A stretch of DNA of 64,000 nt from an uncultured Parcubacteria group bacterium (lineage in GTDB: Bacteria > Patescibacteriota > Patescibacteriia > UBA9934 > CAMTUG01): positions 1,375 through 65,374 of the forward strand of contig CAMTUG010000001.1 in NCBI GenBank assembly GCA_947084965.1. The letters run 5' to 3'. Numbering within the stretch: the stretch's first letter is position 1; every line of letters begins with the position of its first letter. A model generated the notes under the pieces. That model was not told the DNA's origin and did not search any database. It saw only the letters and a program-made list of their open reading frames with translations. Both the position numbers and the translations under genes were made by a program. Of the stretch, positions 26,625 to 36,012 are shown piece after piece.

Positions 26625-29033
26625 TTATTTGAACAAGACGGCAGCAAAGGCGTCGGTCACTCCATCAACGATCATGCCATCGTGAAAGAGCGCATCGTCG
26701 GATGACCAAGCAACACCAAGCGTGTCTGCAAGGTGTGTTGTTACTCGGATGGTGCGCGTTTCTACCCCTGGCTGTTTTTGAATGAACAACGTATAGCGCT
26801 CATGCGAGGAGAGCCCGAGCCAGTCCATCGTCTTTTCGAACAATCCCGGATCTCCTTGGGTGTCAATCGTGAACGGTAAGCGATAGGTGAATTGGATGCG
26901 CGATGTGCTCCCTGGTTTTGTTTGTACCCAGCCGCCGAAGACTTCTTTACCGAATTCGTTCCAGGTATCGACCCCACTCGCCGGGTCTGTACGGAGCGCA
27001 TTCATCACGAGTGTCAGATCCGCGTCCTCTTCCAAGGGGAGTTCAGAATCTTCGAAGAGGGATGACGCTGGAGGGGCAAAGTCACCAGACGCGTTGAGGA
27101 GTATTGCGCCTTGTGGAACGTACAGCCGAAGATAATCAACGTTGTTGACCCCGGAAAAAAGATCGTTTTTGATTCCGCGGTGGGCCCGTCCGATCGTCAC
27201 GGTGTTGATGATTTCACCAGCCGCGTCGATCGAGACGTCCAACGTGATGTCTTGATCGATCACGGTGTCTGTTTTTCCGCCGCCCAAGTTGGTGTCAACG
27301 ATCATCAGATAGTCACCGTCTGTCTGTCGGATCTCTCCAGCCCACCCTAAATCGTAAACGGTCTTCATCAGTGCATCGTCCGTGAAGTAGAGCTGAATAT
27401 CACGTTGATTGAGCCCCTGTCCCACGGCCTGGAGGGTGGAGAGGAACGTCGAGGTGTCGGCGTTTGTGACACGATCGAGAAGTTTTGGAGCGAGGTCGGC
27501 GATAAACTGTTTTGGCCGGTTTTCTTCTTGGTCGTATTCCAGCTCAACGATTTTTTGTGTTTCAAACAAGAAGTTTTCCGTATCGATCGTACGGTCATAC
27601 TCTGGCATGTCGATCGGCCCGAGAAGGGCGAGGACGTCGGCGATGTAGGTGGCGTTCACCGCGATCACGCCATCTACGGTCGGGCCACCGGCCATTTCAT
27701 AAAACCACAGAAGCTTCTTCGCGCTGGTCGGGAAATCCGGGAACCAGTTGCCGTCCTGAAATTCCCAACGGGCGTTGAGAAGTTGGATTGGACGCGGAGC
27801 TTTGACAAAGGCGCTGAGCGATCCTTGCAAATCGTACGTACCGCCGCCTGGGATCGTCATGCCCGTAATTTTCCCATCAGCGACGGTCATCTCGGCGTAC
27901 GAGCCAAGGAAGCCGCCGGTCGGGCGCAACTCTGTGTTGTTTTGAAAAAGAACGAGGTAGCGCATGGGTCCGTCCGCTCCAAGAAGGGCGCGCAGGGTCT
28001 GGTTGAAGGTCAGGAACTCATGGACCGAGGCACTCAGTTCAGGAAGGCGTGTTTTGAGTTCCGCAATCAACGCTTGGTGCTCGGGTCCGAGTGCTTCGGA
28101 CTCGACCTTATCCATGCGTTCGCTTGCGTCACTGAGAAGTGGTTCTGCACGTTCGAGGTAGGTTGTTAAGATATCGAGTTTTACAACGGGAGAGTCTGTC
28201 ACCGTGTTTCGAACTTCGTTCATGGCACTGGTCATCAGCCCGCCGGCTTTGGCCAGGCGTTCGCCAGCCTGGGTCAAAGCGAGCGATGTGGTGTAGGTGT
28301 CGCTCGTGCCAGGAAGGATGGCCAGGAGCGTTCCGACCGTGCCGGAGAGGGAAGTGATCGTTGCCTCTGCAGCAGCGAAGTGATTGCTGGCAGAGTCAAA
28401 GTCGGTTGTGGCTAACGTAAAGTCCTGTCCAGCCGCCGCGGCGGTAGCGCGGGTAAAGTTTTGCAGTGCCGACGCCCCGCGGGCGATAGCAGACGTTTCA
28501 CTCTGGCGAGCGTCTGAGTATCCTTGCATCGCATGGATCGGGAGGACGAGGACGAATGAAAGACCGACAAAAGCCGCGATCGTGCGGGCGAATGAACGAT
28601 GGAAAGGAGTAAGTGGTAAGCGGTACGTGGAGACGCTCGTGTCTCTGCTTACCACTTTCTGCTTACCGCTTTCCTCTCCGAAAAACTCAACGACATCCGC
28701 TTCGTCGGCGTACGATTCAACAGTGTCAAAGTCCGGCAGATCCATGGCGACGAACGCCTCCTCGAGCGCCTCTTCGTGAGCCCTGACCAGTTCATTGGCA
28801 AAGGTTGGTGAGAGGACGGGGGTGACTGGCATCTCCTCTCGATCCGTAAAATCATCTTCAGAGCGCTGGATCGCCGTGTCGTCGCTGGTGATGAGGAGGG
28901 GGTCGATCGGGGAGGGGGTCACAAGGGGATCCGAAGCACGCAGCTCTTCGCGGCGCAAATCAATAACATACGGCGAGCGCGGGGCTTCTTTGCCGATGTG
29001 CAGATGTAGCTTTTTATCCTCCGAATTGCTCAT
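26625..29033 (-). CDS. DUF4012 domain-containing membrane protein
   Basis: Motifs YLVLFQNNTELRPTGGFLGSY, NWFPDFPTSA, VDGVIAVN and DTNLGGGKTD. Start chosen at MSNSED. Confidence 0.85.
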   Translation of the reverse strand: MSNSEDKKLHLHIGKEAPRSPYVIDLRREELRASDPLVTPSPIDPLLITSDDTAIQRSEDDFTDREEMPVTPVLSPTFANELVRAHEEALEEAFVAMDLPDFDTVESYADEADVVEFFGEESGKQKVVSRDTSVSTYRLPLTPFHRSFARTIAAFVGLSFVLVLPIHAMQGYSDARQSETSAIARGASALQNFTRATAAAAGQDFTLATTDFDSASNHFAAAEATITSLSGTVGTLLAILPGTSDTYTTSLALTQAGERLAKAGGLMTSAMNEVRNTVTDSPVVKLDILTTYLERAEPLLSDASERMDKVESEALGPEHQALIAELKTRLPELSASVHEFLTFNQTLRALLGADGPMRYLVLFQNNTELRPTGGFLGSYAEMTVADGKITGMTIPGGGTYDLQGSLSAFVKAPRPIQLLNARWEFQDGNWFPDFPTSAKKLLWFYEMAGGPTVDGVIAVNATYIADVLALLGPIDMPEYDRTIDTENFLFETQKIVELEYDQEENRPKQFIADLAPKLLDRVTNADTSTFLSTLQAVGQGLNQRDIQLYFTDDALMKTVYDLGWAGEIRQTDGDYLMIVDTNLGGGKTDTVIDQDITLDVSIDAAGEIINTVTIGRAHRGIKNDLFSGVNNVDYLRLYVPQGAILLNASGDFAPPASSLFEDSELPLEEDADLTLVMNALRTDPASGVDTWNEFGKEVFGGWVQTKPGSTSRIQFTYRLPFTIDTQGDPGLFEKTMDWLGLSSHERYTLFIQKQPGVETRTIRVTTHLADTLGVAWSSDDALFHDGMIVDGVTDAFAAVLFK

Positions 29034-30147
29034 ACAGGGCGAGAGTTTCCTTGGCCATCGTGTTCCAAGAATACTTTTTTGTTTGTTCGATCCTCTTTCC
29101 TCTCTCCTCTTTCCTTGTTCCATCGCCGATACTCTTCTCCATGACCTCAACCATCTCTTCGATGTTGTCTGGGTCGAAGTAGATCGCTGCGTCGCCCAGG
29201 ACTTCCGGGAGCGAGGAGGATCGGGCGGCTGCGACCGGGGTGCCGAACTGCATCGCTTCAAGCGGCGGGAGCCCGAACCCTTCAATCCGCGAAGGGTAGA
29301 GATAGAGGGCGGCGTGTTCGTAGAGGGCGGCGAGCGCTGCGTCGGGCACAAACCCCGGGAAGACGACCCGCCCTTCGGGAATCCCAATTTCGATCACTTC
29401 CTGGTGCAATTTTTTGTAGAATGAGTCGTCGCGGCCGACGAGCACGAGGGTTACTTCCGGGTGTTCTTGGACGAAAAAGCTAAAGGCGTGCAGGAGCGAT
29501 TCAAGATTTTTGTGCGGGTAGGCCGACCCGACGTACAAAAAGTACGGCTGCTGGGCAATGGCCGGAATGACAGACGTCGGCGAAGGCGAACGTCTGCTAT
29601 TTAGCAAGGAAACGCCTTCGTATACGGTGTGAATTTTGTCAGGCGAGACGTCGAAGTGATTGAGGATGGATCCTTTGGTGTACTGAGAGACGGCGATGAT
29701 CGCTTTGCTTTGATGAACGGCGTGTTTGAGGACACGAATAAAGCCAAGGCGTTTTAACCCGTAGAGGATCGGGCCGAGCGTGGTCGCTTTGGCGCTCCCC
29801 GGGTCTTCGAGCAAAATCAGATCATGGATCGTGACCACAAACGGCACGTCGCTTCCGAGCGGGACGTTCCAGTGCGGGTAGTGCACCAGGTCCACCTTCG
29901 CCTTTTTGATCGCTCGAGGCATGGCCAACTGTTCTTTGAACGTATACCAATGAGCGTTGACCTTCACTTTTCGAAAGTTCTTGTTGGTGATGGTGCAGGC
30001 GTCAAAGTTCTCCGGTTTCAAAAACAAAACATAGCGGTTTTTGGTGTCGATCTGCTGAAGTTCTGTTACCAGTTCTTCCACATAGCGCCCAAGTCCACCG
30101 CCTCCCCACTTTGGCCCGTATAATCGTGCGTCTATCCCAATAGTCAT
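29014..30147 (-). CDS. GT4 glycosyltransferase
   Basis: Motifs IGIDAR, TIHDL, PHKNL and [11 protein letters not shown]. Confidence 0.92.
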   Translation of the reverse strand: MTIGIDARLYGPKWGGGGLGRYVEELVTELQQIDTKNRYVLFLKPENFDACTITNKNFRKVKVNAHWYTFKEQLAMPRAIKKAKVDLVHYPHWNVPLGSDVPFVVTIHDLILLEDPGSAKATTLGPILYGLKRLGFIRVLKHAVHQSKAIIAVSQYTKGSILNHFDVSPDKIHTVYEGVSLLNSRRSPSPTSVIPAIAQQPYFLYVGSAYPHKNLESLLHAFSFFVQEHPEVTLVLVGRDDSFYKKLHQEVIEIGIPEGRVVFPGFVPDAALAALYEHAALYLYPSRIEGFGLPPLEAMQFGTPVAAARSSSLPEVLGDAAIYFDPDNIEEMVEVMEKSIGDGTRKEERGKRIEQTKKYSWNTMAKETLALYEQFGG

Positions 30148-30272
30148 GCCCAGATGATAGCACAAAATCGCCCCGACTTCAGGCGATTTTGATCCACAGT
30201 TCACATAGGCGGGGCCACTGCGCCCCGCCGTGCTGATTCATCTCGACGTTAGGTCTTCAAAAATGTTACTTC

Positions 30273-30310
30273 GCAACTTTTTGACTACTTTTAGTGCTCA
30301 AAAATTTCGA
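30273..30310 (-). repeat. 38-bp palindromic element, copy 2 (inverted)
   Basis: GCAACTTTTTGACTACTTTTAGTGCTCAAAAATTTCGA is 37/38 identical to the reverse complement of 23224-23261. Confidence 0.9.
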
Positions 30311-30315
30311 AGGTA

Positions 30316-31422
30316 CTACTTTTTAAGTACCCGCAATGTCGCGCGGGCGGTTCCTTCCCACGAAAAGAGGGCGGCTCTGCCCAAACCTTTTTTTATGAGA
30401 TCCGATCGTAAACGATCAGAGCTGAGCAGGAGCTTCATTGCCACGACGACGTCGTTCACATTAAATGGATCGACGAGAATCGCTGCTCCGGCGGTCAGTT
30501 CGGGGAGGGAAGAGGTGTTTGCGGTGATCACTGGGCATCCGGCCTGCATCGCTTCGAGCACGGGGAGGCCAAAGCCTTCGTAGAAACTTGGAAAGAGGAA
30601 GGCCTGAGCGTCTCGATAAAGCCTGAGCTTCTGTTCTTCAGAAATATAGTCGATCAACTGGATGTCTTTGGTGTATTTCGATCGGTTGATCGCCCGGACG
30701 ATCGGTGTAGACTTCCATCCGAGACTACCAGCGATCACAAGCGCGATCGGATCGTGAGATTGATCCCGGTACGCTTCATACGCCTCGATGATCGAGAGGT
30801 GGTTTTTGCGAGGTTCGAGCGTGCCGAGGGTGAGGAGATAGCGCGGAGGGAGGCGATAGGCGGGAACTTCTGCTCCCACTGAGCCCCCTGCGGCCAACGG
30901 CGCCACGTGAATCTTGTCCGCGTCGATCCCGTAGAACAATTCAAGATCACGCTTCGTGCTCGTACTTGGTGCAAGAATGACAGATGCGTTTTGAAAGATC
31001 CGTTTTGGCTGCACGGCTTTGTGCCATAGTCGCATTTTGGCTGAGAAGAACTCTGGAAAGATCTCATACGACAAGTCATGGGCAGTAATGACGTAGGGGA
31101 GTTTGGTTGAGATGAAGTTCAGGTTTGGAAAGAACCATCTGTCGAGCAGGTGCCCTGGGACGAGCGACTCGAGTGTCGGCCCTCCGGTTATAAGGATTGT
31201 GCCATTCATGACTTTATTGGGCACGGTGAGGAGTACTTTTTTTACGTTCGGAAAGTCAAACTTCGGCAAACGACGTAGCGACCACGGTGTTCCTGTGGCA
31301 AAGAGGATGTATTCATTTTCTTGGTCAAGACGAAAAAGGGCCGCGAGCAATTGCTTCGTGTACCCCCCGACTCCCGCCGGCCGCGGATCGGTTAAATGTC
31401 GAATATCGATCCCGATCTTCAT
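30316..31422 (-). CDS. GT4 glycosyltransferase
   Basis: Motifs MKIGIDIR, LEPRKN and EGFGLPVLEAM. Confidence 0.92.
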   Translation of the reverse strand: MKIGIDIRHLTDPRPAGVGGYTKQLLAALFRLDQENEYILFATGTPWSLRRLPKFDFPNVKKVLLTVPNKVMNGTILITGGPTLESLVPGHLLDRWFFPNLNFISTKLPYVITAHDLSYEIFPEFFSAKMRLWHKAVQPKRIFQNASVILAPSTSTKRDLELFYGIDADKIHVAPLAAGGSVGAEVPAYRLPPRYLLTLGTLEPRKNHLSIIEAYEAYRDQSHDPIALVIAGSLGWKSTPIVRAINRSKYTKDIQLIDYISEEQKLRLYRDAQAFLFPSFYEGFGLPVLEAMQAGCPVITANTSSLPELTAGAAILVDPFNVNDVVVAMKLLLSSDRLRSDLIKKGLGRAALFSWEGTARATLRVLKK

Positions 31423-31471
31423 AAATCGGCTTTATCTTAGCATTATTTTAACTACTTCCGTCCACTTTAGG

Positions 31472-31500
31472 TTGACAAAGTCGATTTTTTGTGCTATGTT
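31472..31500 (+). promoter_or_regulatory. Sigma70-type promoter of orphan gene
   Basis: TTGACA-17bp-TATGTT. An SD (AGGAG) precedes the ATG at 31593. Confidence 0.6.
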
Positions 31501-31592
31501 GAGCGTCTTCCGACTCGTGCATTCCGTGCGAGAAGGATGTTCCTGACGTCTCGGCAGTCAACTGTCACATAGGCGTCATTCCAGGAGAAGCC

Positions 31593-32339
31593 ATGAGTAG
31601 CAAGGAACAGGTCGTCACCCCGACCGAAGTCAACGCCCTTCGCCGTCAGTTCGACGAAGCGCTCAGTCACGTCGTCCTCGACCGCGTCAAGTACGAGGCG
31701 CTCAAGGTCTACCTCCAGGACGAGGTGATCAACCCGTCCAAGGGGGAGAAGGCCCGTGACCTGGCCGAAGAGCGCCGCGTGGACATGCTCGGCTACTACA
31801 AGATGCTCGGCTTCACCACCGAGATCCCGAAGCCAGACATCTCCAACCGTGAGTTCAATCGCCGTCGCAAGGCCGGCCAGGAGCTCTTCTTCCACCACGC
31901 CGACAAGGACGTGAGCTACGAGGAGTGGATGATCGCTCACGGCCAAAAGGACCACCGGACGCTTACCCCCGACAACCGCAAGAAGATCGTCTGGGAGGAG
32001 ACGGTCGAGGGCTACTGGTTCTGGGCGGAAGTCCAGCAGGCCTGTCCTCGTACCGGGACGAGCCGCGTCGCGCTCACCAGCCAGATCATCCTCCTCTCTC
32101 TCGAGGAGTACGTGATCGTTTGGTACGTGACGAAGTCCGCCACCGGCCTGATGCTCGACCACTGGACCCATTGCTGGCTGCGGACGGTGTACAAGGCCGA
32201 AGCGGGCCTCGGTGTCATGGACGCGCGCGAGCTCATCGGTGCTGTGAGCGTCGGCATGTCGTCCTTCCCTTCGGACCTCTCACTCGAGGATCGCTCCCTC
32301 GGTGGGCGCTCCTCGGAAGTGGTCAAGCATGCCGCCTGA
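31593..32339 (+). CDS. GC-rich orphan protein, possible C-type-lectin-like C-terminus
   Basis: Strong C/G third-position bias, with its own promoter, SD and downstream hairpin. Ends ...LSLEEY...WLRT...GGRSSEVV. Confidence 0.8.
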   Translation: MSSKEQVVTPTEVNALRRQFDEALSHVVLDRVKYEALKVYLQDEVINPSKGEKARDLAEERRVDMLGYYKMLGFTTEIPKPDISNREFNRRRKAGQELFFHHADKDVSYEEWMIAHGQKDHRTLTPDNRKKIVWEETVEGYWFWAEVQQACPRTGTSRVALTSQIILLSLEEYVIVWYVTKSATGLMLDHWTHCWLRTVYKAEAGLGVMDARELIGAVSVGMSSFPSDLSLEDRSLGGRSSEVVKHAA

Positions 32340-32362
32340 TTCGTCCCCTTAGCCCGCACTCT

Positions 32363-32398
32363 TGAACGACCTCCACCACTACGGGTGAAGGTCGTTCA
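32363..32398. terminator. Hairpin after orphan gene
   Basis: TGAACGACCTCCACC-actacg-GGTGAAGGTCGTTCA. It has no U-tract. Confidence 0.55.
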
Positions 32399-32409
32399 TG
32401 CGTTTAGGG

Positions 32410-33522
32410 CTAGTTGAGCTCGCACCGCACGCACTGTTTTTCCCAGGCCTTGTCGACGATCTGTTTGATCGTTTCGCGGAACGCTTGGGTTCCGAAGCGT
32501 TTGGCCGATGCTTGGATCAGCTTTGGATCAAATTTTGTGTGATCGAAACGCAGCAAGCCGTCGGCCAGATCTTCCCACGTCTGTTCGTTGAAGAACGTGC
32601 CGTTGACCCCCTCGATAACAATCTCAGTTGCGCCCCCGCGATTGAAGGCGATGACCGGACGGCCGGCGGCGAGCGCTTCGACCATGGTGATCCCAAAGTC
32701 TTCTTCTTGCGGGTTAATAAAGGCGATACAGTTTTGGTAAAGTTCGGCCTGTTTTTCATCGCTGACGCGCCCCATAAATTCGATCGTCGGTCCGGCGATC
32801 GCTTTCAGTTCGGCTTCAACCGGCCCACTCCCAAAAATTTTCAGCGGCAACTTCAAACGATTGCACGCCTCGATGATGATGTCGTAGCGTTTGTAAGAAA
32901 CGAGTCGGCCGCCAGCCAAGTAATATTCTTTCGGGGCGTGTGAATAACGGAAGCGTGAAACATCGACCGGCGGATAGACTACGATCGACTCGCGATGATA
33001 GTATTTTTTGATGCGACGGCGTACCGCTTCGGAGTTGGCCAAAAAGAGTTCGACACGATCCGCCGCTTGCTTATCCCACATCCGCAGGCGTGACAGAAGG
33101 GGAGGGAGCATCGCTTTGATAAATCCTGGCATACGCAGTTCGCGGACATACGACACAGCGTCGCTCCACAAGTAGCGGGTGGGGGTGTGGCAGTAGCAGA
33201 TGTGCAAGGCGTCAGGTTTGGTGATGACCCCTTTGCTGAACGCACTTGATGAAGAGAGGACGACGTCGAATTGCGAAAGATCGTGCGTTTCTGTGGCGAT
33301 CGGCATGAGCGGTAAGAGCCACTGGTATTTTTTGAGCGCAAACGGAAGGCGCTGCAAGAACGACGTCAAAATGTTCCGACGAGCAAACGCCGGATCAACA
33401 CGGTCAGGATCATGGAGGAGCACGTAGGTTGGCGCATCAGGGAAGACCTCCATCATTTCCTTGAGCACTTTTTCGGCCCCGCCGTCCTGCACCAGATAGT
33501 CATGGACGAGAGCGATTTTCAT
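32410..33522 (-). CDS. GT4 glycosyltransferase
   Basis: Motifs MKIALVHDYL..GGAE, YCHTPTRYLW and EDFGITMVEA. Confidence 0.92.
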   Translation of the reverse strand: MKIALVHDYLVQDGGAEKVLKEMMEVFPDAPTYVLLHDPDRVDPAFARRNILTSFLQRLPFALKKYQWLLPLMPIATETHDLSQFDVVLSSSSAFSKGVITKPDALHICYCHTPTRYLWSDAVSYVRELRMPGFIKAMLPPLLSRLRMWDKQAADRVELFLANSEAVRRRIKKYYHRESIVVYPPVDVSRFRYSHAPKEYYLAGGRLVSYKRYDIIIEACNRLKLPLKIFGSGPVEAELKAIAGPTIEFMGRVSDEKQAELYQNCIAFINPQEEDFGITMVEALAAGRPVIAFNRGGATEIVIEGVNGTFFNEQTWEDLADGLLRFDHTKFDPKLIQASAKRFGTQAFRETIKQIVDKAWEKQCVRCELN

Positions 33523-33527
33523 GTTGT

Positions 33528-34949
33528 TCAGTAAGCGCCTTTGCGGAAAAGCACTACGAGCGGGGTTTTCAGCAAGACGTATAAGTCGAGAAACGGGCTC
33601 CAATGTTCAATGTAGTACAGATCTAACCGCACTTCTTCATCAAAATCAAGGTCTGCCCGCCCGCTCGTTTGTGGCACCCCGGTAATCCCCGGCTTGATCG
33701 TCAGAACTTTGCGTTGGGCCGGTTTGTACGCCTCGACCTCTTCGGGAAGGTGCGGGCGTGGGCCGACTAAGGACATACGACCCAAAAGGACGAGATAAAA
33801 TTCTGGGAGCTCATCGAGTGAGTATTTGCGGAGGATTTTGCCGACGGGGGTTACACGCGGGTCTTCTTTGAGTTTGAAGAGAGGGGTCCCTTCGCGCAAG
33901 TTACCGTGTTGTTTGATGAACACTGGATCGTAGCGGTACTTATGGGCGTCCTTGATCATTGAGCGGAATTTGAAGTAGTGAAATGGGCGGCCTTCTTCGC
34001 CAATGCGCTCAACTTTTTTCCCGTTTGGTAAGCGCGAGAAGAGGACACGCCCCGGCTGTTCAATAAAGAGAGCGATGACGATCAAAAGTTGGATCGGCAA
34101 GGTGATGATGATGAGAATCAAAGAGACGATCACGTCAAAGATCCGTTTATAAATTGCCCCCCAGCCGTCGAGCGGAGTTTTACGGACTTCGATCACCGGG
34201 ATCCCGGCATACATATGTGTTTCGGTTCTGCTGGTGGCGGTCGCGAAAAGATCGGCGGAATATTTGAAGGTCAGGTGATGAACGTCAGCAAAGAACTGAA
34301 TCGTTTCCGCGACTTTACGGCCGGCATCGGCATCGACCAAAATGATTTCATCAAGTTCACCTTGCTTTTTTAGTGTAAGGAGTTTGGCTTGTGCGGTGTC
34401 ATTCCAGCGATCAAACTGAGCGACAACAACGAATCCGAGGGAAGGGCGCTGGCGGAACCCTTGATGGATGGCGTCCGCTGTTTTGTTTTTTCCGATCAAG
34501 GCGACGTGATGCACACCGATCCCGGCCCTCAGGAGCGAGCGTTGCAAGGCGCGGATCAGCAAGCGCTCTGTTCCAACGAAGAGGAAGGCGAACGCAAATC
34601 CGGCAAGGACAATGAAGCGCGATTCAAATAACTCCCGGGAAAAGAACAGCCCACCGAGGACGACGGCTACGCCGCACAGACAGGCAAAAAAGACTTTGCC
34701 GAGTTCGTTCCAGAGGCGGGTGCGGGTGGTGTTGTACAGTCCGACAAAGGCAAAGATAACGATCCAAACGAGGGCGACACCAAAAACGATCGGTAAGAAT
34801 CGAGCCATCGTTAAATCAAAGATGACCGGACGAATGCTCGTAAAAAATGGATGGAAACGTGAATAGAATGCGGCGACGCCAGCCGCAACGAGCGCTAAAA
34901 AGTCAACGGGGACGAGGACGCTCGTGAAAAATAACTCAGCTTTTTTCAT
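33528..34949 (-). CDS. Polyprenyl-phosphate glycosylphosphotransferase (WcaJ/WbaP family)
   Basis: N-terminal TM segments, then KRIFD, FKFRSM, DPRVT, SLDELP, MSLVGPRP and KPGITG. Confidence 0.92.
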   Translation of the reverse strand: MKKAELFFTSVLVPVDFLALVAAGVAAFYSRFHPFFTSIRPVIFDLTMARFLPIVFGVALVWIVIFAFVGLYNTTRTRLWNELGKVFFACLCGVAVVLGGLFFSRELFESRFIVLAGFAFAFLFVGTERLLIRALQRSLLRAGIGVHHVALIGKNKTADAIHQGFRQRPSLGFVVVAQFDRWNDTAQAKLLTLKKQGELDEIILVDADAGRKVAETIQFFADVHHLTFKYSADLFATATSRTETHMYAGIPVIEVRKTPLDGWGAIYKRIFDVIVSLILIIITLPIQLLIVIALFIEQPGRVLFSRLPNGKKVERIGEEGRPFHYFKFRSMIKDAHKYRYDPVFIKQHGNLREGTPLFKLKEDPRVTPVGKILRKYSLDELPEFYLVLLGRMSLVGPRPHLPEEVEAYKPAQRKVLTIKPGITGVPQTSGRADLDFDEEVRLDLYYIEHWSPFLDLYVLLKTPLVVLFRKGAY

Positions 34950-35017
34950 ACAATCGTGAGCATAGTGTAGCGGTAAAAGCGATGATTGACAATCTGCCAA
35001 TTTCGTGTTAATCTCGG

Positions 35018-35376
35018 CAGACTCAGGATGCTAGATGGCTCCTTTTGGCGCAAGCCAAGAGAGGAAAGTCCGAACACCTGCTCTATCGCAAGGTAGGGTA
35101 AAAAAGGAACGTCGCTAACGGCGACCAGGGGTGACCCTAGGGAAAGTGCCACAGAGACAATACTAGTTCGCCGCAAGGCGGATGAAAGGTGAAAAGTGGG
35201 ACGGTGTTAGTCATGTTCTCATGAACGCCGCTACGTCCCTCGCTGCCTGGTGACAGGCATGTGTGGTAAACCCGTTCCGGTGCAAGAGCAAATTAGGTAG
35301 CTCGCTAGAGGCGGCTAGCAATAGTCGTCCAAGATAGATTGCCATCCTCGACAGAATTCGGCTTATCGGCTCTCTG
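35018..35376 (+). ncRNA. rnpB: RNase P RNA
   Basis: Conserved blocks GAGGAAAGTCC, GGAAAGTGCCACAGA, GGTAAACCC...GCAAG and ACAGAATTCGGCTTAT. TTGACA promoter at 34986. Ends are approximate. Confidence 0.95.
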
Positions 35377-35382
35377 GGTCGG

Positions 35383-35407
35383 AAAGATCGCCTTCGGGCG
35401 ATTTTTT
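35383..35407 (+). terminator. rnpB terminator
   Basis: AAAGATCGCC-TTCG-GGCGATTTTTT. Confidence 0.8.
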
Positions 35408-35482
35408 CGTTGGGAAAAAGTATGCAGAAATGGCGAACCCCACGCCGAGCGGCAGCGGGGGGTTCGGGAGAGAGGGGCCGGA

Positions 35483-35932
35483 TCAGGCCGCGGCGACCGC
35501 CTCCTGAGGTGTGGTGGGCAGCAGGTCGCCGTTCGGGGACATGTAGCGGCCGGCGATCGTGGCCCGACCTTCGTCGGCGAGGAAGGCCTCGGGCGGGATC
35601 TTGCCGTCGAGGAAGTCCTGCCAGGCCTTGGGCATCTCGAGGCGCCAGGAGTAGTCGTTGCGCTTGATCGGCGCCGTGAACTCCCAGTGGAGTCCGGCCG
35701 AGAGCAGGCGGGCGGTCTCGATGACCCAGGCCATGCTGTCCGCGTCCTCGTGGAGGAAGCAGAACGGCTCGTCGTCGATTCGACGGGCGATCTCGAGGAC
35801 CGTGTCCTCGATCGGCTCGGGGACGGTTTCCGAAGCGCACTGCAGCGCGAGGAGGCGGGAGAGCTCCAGCCCGAAGTCCGGGCGGTGGAGGAGGAGGGCG
35901 GAGAGGGTGGGGAGGTTGCGGAGGGTGTGCAC
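35483..35932 (-). CDS. GC-rich orphan protein (149 aa)
   Basis: Strong C/G third-position bias, GTG start with SD AAGGAAAGGA, an upstream TTGACA and a downstream hairpin at 35434-35466. Confidence 0.7.
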   Translation of the reverse strand: MHTLRNLPTLSALLLHRPDFGLELSRLLALQCASETVPEPIEDTVLEIARRIDDEPFCFLHEDADSMAWVIETARLLSAGLHWEFTAPIKRNDYSWRLEMPKAWQDFLDGKIPPEAFLADEGRATIAGRYMSPNGDLLPTTPQEAVAAA

Positions 35933-36012
35933 GATCGGATGTCCTTTCCTTGCTGAGGTTGCTTGGCAGTTGCCGCCGCGAAAATACCAAAAATAAAGCG
36001 GAGTGTCAACCC

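Noticed and set aside
29034-29387. N-terminal extension of the 920-aa ORF
   Set aside because: It overlaps the GT4 gene in another frame. The start at 29033 fits the local TATG pattern.
31494-32365. Overlapping 225-, 146- and 115-aa ORFs
   Set aside because: They are expected stop-poor shadows of a high-GC3 gene.
32363-32410. Canonical integron attC site
   Set aside because: It is too short and does not match the RYYYAAC/GTTRRRY boxes, and there is no intI in the window. It is kept only as a shared hairpin observation.
35211-36009. Alternative long ORFs (259, 234 and 205 aa) over the GC-rich orphan
   Set aside because: They extend into rnpB and have Arg/Pro/Ser-rich shadow composition. The 149-aa frame has the SD and the codon bias.
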